From the NCBI GenBank assembly GCA_963778115.1, contig CAVZSV010000004.1:1024001-1088000 (forward strand): a stretch of DNA of 64,000 bases, given 5' to 3'. Under the pieces are notes generated by a model. It did not search any database. It saw nothing but the letters and a program-made list of their open reading frames with translations, and had not been told where the DNA came from. The position numbers were made by a program, and so were the translations under genes. The stretch comes from an uncultured delta proteobacterium. Lineage in GTDB: Bacteria; Bdellovibrionota; FAC87; UBA2466. Every line of letters starts with the position of its first letter. Position 1 is the stretch's first letter. Below, piece after piece: positions 59,990-64,000 of this stretch.

Positions 59990-60754
59990 ATGAATCTTGA
60001 GCAATTAGTCTTCAAAGACAACGTTTCAGCGAGGGTTACAGCTTCGCAAGAACATTTCATGGTCATCGATAGTTTCCTCACCCAAGACGAATTCGATCGG
60101 AGTTGGACCTTCGTTCAGGATGAAAATTATCAGTTTGCAAATTCACGCTATTGGGAAAAAGGTTCCCGGCTTTCCGATGGTCGAAAACTCGAAGGTCCAG
60201 TCTATTTCTCAGGCAACGATCTATTATTAGGTCGCCATAACGTATATCCTACTGACTTAGTGATCGACGTAATAATCCAAAAAATAGAAAAGCTCGCTCC
60301 CAAACTGGCGCGCGTTATTGGCACCCACAAAAACGATTGGGACTATTTTTCTGCTCGCCCGGTACTATACCCCTCTGGTTGTTCCTTTTCATGGCACAAT
60401 GAAGAGGCCGGCAAAGCCGGTACATTTTTCTACTACGTCAATCCGGGTTGGAACGTTCAATGGGGTGGCGAGCTTTTGATCTCGACCCCGGAGACCGGCA
60501 ACGCGAATTACGCAGCTTCGACCACGAAGATTGTTGGTTGTCGCCTCGACAATCAGATTGAAAATAAACTCTTAATGAGTCCGGGAGTCGGTAATTATGT
60601 ATTTCCGAAACCAAATCGACTGGTACTCCTAAAGCCAGGAATCTATCACAGCGTAAGAAGAATAGATTCCAATGCTGGAGACAACGTTCAGGCGATGATT
60701 ACCGGATTTTTCCTTAAACATAGGGACAAGACAGTATCTGGCTATTCAGCCTAA
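59990..60754 (+). CDS. 2OG-Fe(II) oxygenase (prolyl-hydroxylase-like)
   Basis: FSWHNE, WNVQWGGELL, PKPNRLV, IYHSV. Confidence 0.85.
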   Translation: MNLEQLVFKDNVSARVTASQEHFMVIDSFLTQDEFDRSWTFVQDENYQFANSRYWEKGSRLSDGRKLEGPVYFSGNDLLLGRHNVYPTDLVIDVIIQKIEKLAPKLARVIGTHKNDWDYFSARPVLYPSGCSFSWHNEEAGKAGTFFYYVNPGWNVQWGGELLISTPETGNANYAASTTKIVGCRLDNQIENKLLMSPGVGNYVFPKPNRLVLLKPGIYHSVRRIDSNAGDNVQAMITGFFLKHRDKTVSGYSA

Positions 60755-60775
60755 ATTTCTCAAGAGAAGTGAAAA

Positions 60776-61474
60776 GTGCAACTGACCTACTCTCAAGAAC
60801 ATTTCATGGTTTTTGACAGCGTTCTTGAACAGACTCAACTTGAGGAGCTGCGTCACGACATCTTAGACTCTTCGTGGAAAGCAGTTCATTCTGACTTTTG
60901 GCAGAGGGTTTGGCGTCTTCGCAAAGAAACAGCATGGGAAGGACAAAGAGCTTGGGGACTGACCGCTCCTGAGCACCAAAACGGCGTGGAGTTTGTAGGA
61001 TCCCCAGGACTCCCCAGGTCCGTCTGTAGGGTGTACGAGGCGATACTAGGCGCGAACGCTTCGGCATGGAAAATCGTCGGAAAGCCGGGCGAGATTTGGG
61101 ACCGTATTAATTCTTGCCCTTACCTTTATGGCGCGGACAGCGGTTTGCCCTGGCATTCCGACAATGAATTTTACAGTGGAGCTTTTATCTTTTACGCCCA
61201 TCAGGATTGGAATATCGGCTGGGGAGGCGAGTTACTTATCTCTTCGTCTCGCCTTCAGGAGAACCTAACTTTCAACTCCGGAAAACGAGGTCTCTTCGTA
61301 GGCTTTAAAGACACTGACCTTTCTCTCGGACATTATCTTCTACCAATTCCCAATCGACTCGTCATTCTCGCTGCGGGTTACCCCCACGCTATCCAACCTG
61401 TAGAGCCCATTGCGGGCGACCGAACCCGCGAAACTATCTCCGGCTTCTTCTTGAAGAAGGAGGACAGAGAGTAA
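60776..61474 (+). CDS. 2OG-Fe(II) oxygenase (prolyl-hydroxylase-like)
   Basis: LPWHSD, WNIGWGGELL, PIPNRLV, PHAI, RETISGFF. Confidence 0.88.
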   Translation: MQLTYSQEHFMVFDSVLEQTQLEELRHDILDSSWKAVHSDFWQRVWRLRKETAWEGQRAWGLTAPEHQNGVEFVGSPGLPRSVCRVYEAILGANASAWKIVGKPGEIWDRINSCPYLYGADSGLPWHSDNEFYSGAFIFYAHQDWNIGWGGELLISSSRLQENLTFNSGKRGLFVGFKDTDLSLGHYLLPIPNRLVILAAGYPHAIQPVEPIAGDRTRETISGFFLKKEDRE

Positions 61475-61605
61475 TAATAGGATATCGGCCTTGATCTTAT
61501 CGGACGGCTCGGCGTTAAGTTTTTCCGTAATTAATTACTCTGGTATGTCGCCGTTTTCGTCAAAAGGCGATCATTTGTCTCGTATCATCAACAAAGAACA
61601 TTCTC

Positions 61606-62484
61606 TTAATATCCGTGTCTTTCCTCTTCTATCCGCGCCCACTTTGTTTGTCGTTCGAGAAGATCCAGCATCTCGCGAATCCATTTCTTGATATTGGGAT
61701 CTGTGTGAACTTTCTTCAAGGCTTCAAAGGTGTGAGTCATGCCTGAGTAGCGCTCACTTGCAAGACCTGTCCATGAACTAGAAAGGTAGTTGTTACGCAG
61801 TGACTCACGCACATCCTGTCGGTTACCGTAATTCTTCAGAATTTGTCCGACGAAACTGTTGGATTGCAAGTCAATCGGTAAATCATGAGGCACAAAGTTA
61901 GCTGCTTCGCGTGCTCGGCTTTCTACGTCTTCGGCTACCCAATCAACCAAAACTTGCGGGGGAAGATAATGTAAAGCTCCGGATAGCCATTCGCGAAGCC
62001 AAAAAGATTCATGTTCCCCTCTATTGAATCGATCTGCGATCTCGGCCCAAGTATCTTTCGGATGCTCGCTTAATAGCTGATTTAATATGCTGCTTGAAAC
62101 CGAATAGTGGCTATCAATTACTGAACCGCGGTGGCCGTAATTTTCAACGATAGATCGCATGAGCGACAAAGCGTGACGCGCACAGTTTTTCAGAAATTTT
62201 TTAGCTATTTCAGTCCAATAATGGTCACCCATTGAGTCCATGCGTTCGGATTCGTCCTCCTGCAATAGACCCGGAGCGCTCAGTAATTCCAGGGCAAGGT
62301 CGCATGGAAAAGTGACGTCGGACTTGAATCGTTCAGAGTAGAATTCAAACAACTGAAGGGCAGCCGACGCACTGGCCCTCGTTTTATCGGAAAGCACCGC
62401 ACGAATTAGCTCAGTGAATAGGTTTGGGCTTAGATTTCTAATGGTTCCGCCAAAAGAAAATGCTCTTAACGATGATGGCTGCAA
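61606..62484 (-). pseudogene. Probable C-terminal remnant of a larger protein
   Basis: No clear start or RBS; abuts a methyltransferase-like fragment; helical ORF ending SWTG...KWIREM...EEERH. Confidence 0.4.
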
Positions 62485-62717
62485 TTTCTTGCTATTAAGT
62501 CACTCACGAAATCGGTAGACAAATAGGCTCGTCCTCCAGGTCGGAGTTTTTTGTAGTAGAGATTGAGCAGATTTAGTCTATCGGACGAATAGGTGAATGC
62601 GTCCATGACATCAATAATCAGATCAAAGCGTTCATTAGGGACCATGGGAAGCTTTTCTTGGACGATCCCCCTTAGCACTTCCAAACTTCCGGAGGGTCGG
62701 GCTCGTTCGCCGTTCAC
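62466..62717 (-). pseudogene. Methyltransferase-like fragment
   Basis: FDLIIDVMDAFTY...YKKLRPGGRAYL motifs without motif I. Confidence 0.45.
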
Positions 62718-62788
62718 GCTCTCGACAAGGAGCCTGGTAAATTCGACGAATTCCTCTAGGAACTGTTCTTCATCGCAGTTTGGTTTAA

Positions 62789-63100
62789 TCCGCCAGCGTT
62801 CCGGTATTTTCCTCGGCCAAAGGCAATATGCTTCCCTACCGGTGGTATCTCGTGACCATTAAGAGGTACTGCAAGGAGTTGGGGATCCCTGTGATCGGCA
62901 CTCACGGAGTTCGACACTCTACCTCCGAGGTCTATCTGAGCCATGGTGCAAGCAAGGACGATTTAAAAACCCTCTTTGCACACTCTTCAATGTCCGTTAC
63001 CGAACGATATTTGCATGGTAAAGATACGAACTTGGAAAAAGTGTCTAATGTGATTAAGTTGTTCCCCGATGGAATCGACCCAATTGGCCGGTTCCGGTGA
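62789..63100 (+). pseudogene. Tyrosine integrase C-terminal remnant
   Basis: GTHGVRHS, FAHSS, ERYLH catalytic motifs; in-frame stop at 62786 and N-terminal part missing. Confidence 0.85.
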
Positions 63101-63117
63101 ATAGCAAAAAAGATACA

Positions 63118-63147
63118 TTGCATTAAGTATCTGTAATCAGTTAGATT
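63118..63147 (+). promoter_or_regulatory. Putative sigma70 promoter for tRNA-Ala, inside the island end
   Basis: TTGCAT-18 nt-TAGATT ending 10 nt before the tRNA. Confidence 0.45.
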
Positions 63148-63157
63148 ATCCCACTGT

Positions 63158-63233
63158 GGGGGCGTAGCTCAATTGGGAGAGCACCAGCTTTGCAAGCTGG
63201 GGGTCGAGGGTTCGATCCCCTTCGCCTCCACCA
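63158..63233 (+). tRNA. tRNA-Ala (TGC)
   Basis: 76-nt cloverleaf GGGGGCG...CGCCTCCACCA, G3:U70 identity pair, anticodon TGC, TTCGATC T-loop, encoded CCA. Confidence 0.98.
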
Positions 63234-63253
63234 ACACTTTCCTTTTAAATCCG

Positions 63254-64000
63254 CTAACTTGATCTCGATCGTCGAAACTGGATCACGTTAGCGGATTCGT
63301 TTTTTGGGAAACTTTGGGAAAGTTTTGCTCCACAGTTATCATTAGCAACCGGTTCTTCGGGAGGCGTTGGCTCTTTTTTAAAGAGCTTTATGCTTCCTGC
63401 GATCTCTTTCAGATGACTTCCCCGGCCATGCCGATATCGATCTGTCACACGCGACGACGAATGCACGAATAACTCTTGTAAGTCATCCGCCGTTGCCCCG
63501 TATGTCATGTAGAGTTCGGAGGTCGAGTGTCTAAGACCGTGAGTGCCAATTGCCGGGATTTTAAGTGTAGCGCAATAGCGCAACAGGGTCCTGTTGTACC
63601 ATTCGTAACGAAGAATCCCGCTGTCACTCGCAGTCACTACGTACTCACTTTTACTACTAGCTTTTGCTGTTTTCAGCATTTCTAGTAGTTCCGGTGGGAT
63701 AGTATGACTGTGCTGCTTTTTTCCCTTGGGATACTCTTTGAACCTGTCTTCCTTTCGGACGTAGCATCGAAAAATTCTAACCACGCCCTGTTCCAGATCC
63801 ACGTTGTCCCAAATGAGCGCTTGCAACTCTCCTACGCGAAGTCCCAGAAAAGCCTGTAACCAAACGCCCAAACCGTAAGGTTTATCCGCCACATAAAGCA
63901 GAAGCGTCTTAAGCTGTTCTAGTGTTAAGTGCCTCGCCTCTTTCGTAGGGACTTTTGGTCGCATGGTCCTCAAGACCGGACTATAGGAAAGCAGCATAAA
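63254..64000 (-). CDS. Tyrosine recombinase/integrase (5' end outside window)
   Basis: GLRVGEL (R), PKGKK (K), THGLRH, FVHSS, DRYRH (Y); ends 20 nt from the tRNA 3' end. Confidence 0.93.
   Translation of the reverse strand, partial: FMLLSYSPVLRTMRPKVPTKEARHLTLEQLKTLLLYVADKPYGLGVWLQAFLGLRVGELQALIWDNVDLEQGVVRIFRCYVRKEDRFKEYPKGKKQHSHTIPPELLEMLKTAKASSKSEYVVTASDSGILRYEWYNRTLLRYCATLKIPAIGTHGLRHSTSELYMTYGATADDLQELFVHSSSRVTDRYRHGRGSHLKEIAGSIKLFKKEPTPPEEPVANDNCGAKLSQSFPKNESANVIQFRRSRSS

Larger units (their letters stand above)
53981..63195. mobile_element. Genomic island integrated in tRNA-Ala
   Basis: 47-bp flanking direct repeats, integrase remnant at the right end, accessory biosynthetic cargo. 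Confidence 0.85.

Noticed and set aside
1..64000. CRISPR array, rRNA or IS transposase
   Set aside because: No repeat-spacer array, rRNA-like sequence or transposase ORF seen on reading.

Overview
This is bacterial chromosomal DNA of roughly balanced GC by eye. Gene style suggests Bdellovibrionota/Oligoflexia or a related deltaproteobacterium, which is an inference. The first 28 kb is mostly housekeeping: pyrB-pyrC-carA-X-carB, pdxST, dedA, rpoH, pruA, a heme operon (hemA-C-D-B-L, sensor kinase, response regulator, hemE, hemN), YyaL and a Rieske ferredoxin. From 28 to 54 kb there are many secreted or unknown proteins, several behind sigma54-type promoters. They include Dus, an HTTM/gamma-carboxylase-like gene, an erythromycin-esterase-family protein, an OprB-X-DyP cassette, SOD, and a catalase-like plus RoxA-like di-heme pair. 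The most notable feature is a ~9.2 kb island at 53981-63195, bounded by a duplication of the 5' half of tRNA-Ala(TGC) rather than the usual 3' end. It carries a candidate undescribed RiPP-type cluster: a signal-peptide precursor, a radical SAM/SPASM enzyme, an arginase-family hydrolase, a small RRE-like protein, a methyltransferase, an HTTM protein and two 2OG-Fe(II) oxygenases. Two paralogous tyrosine integrases converge on the intact tRNA from both sides. Two single-base frameshifts (hemE and the first HTTM gene) look like sequence errors. All calls come from reading motifs; no searches were run.
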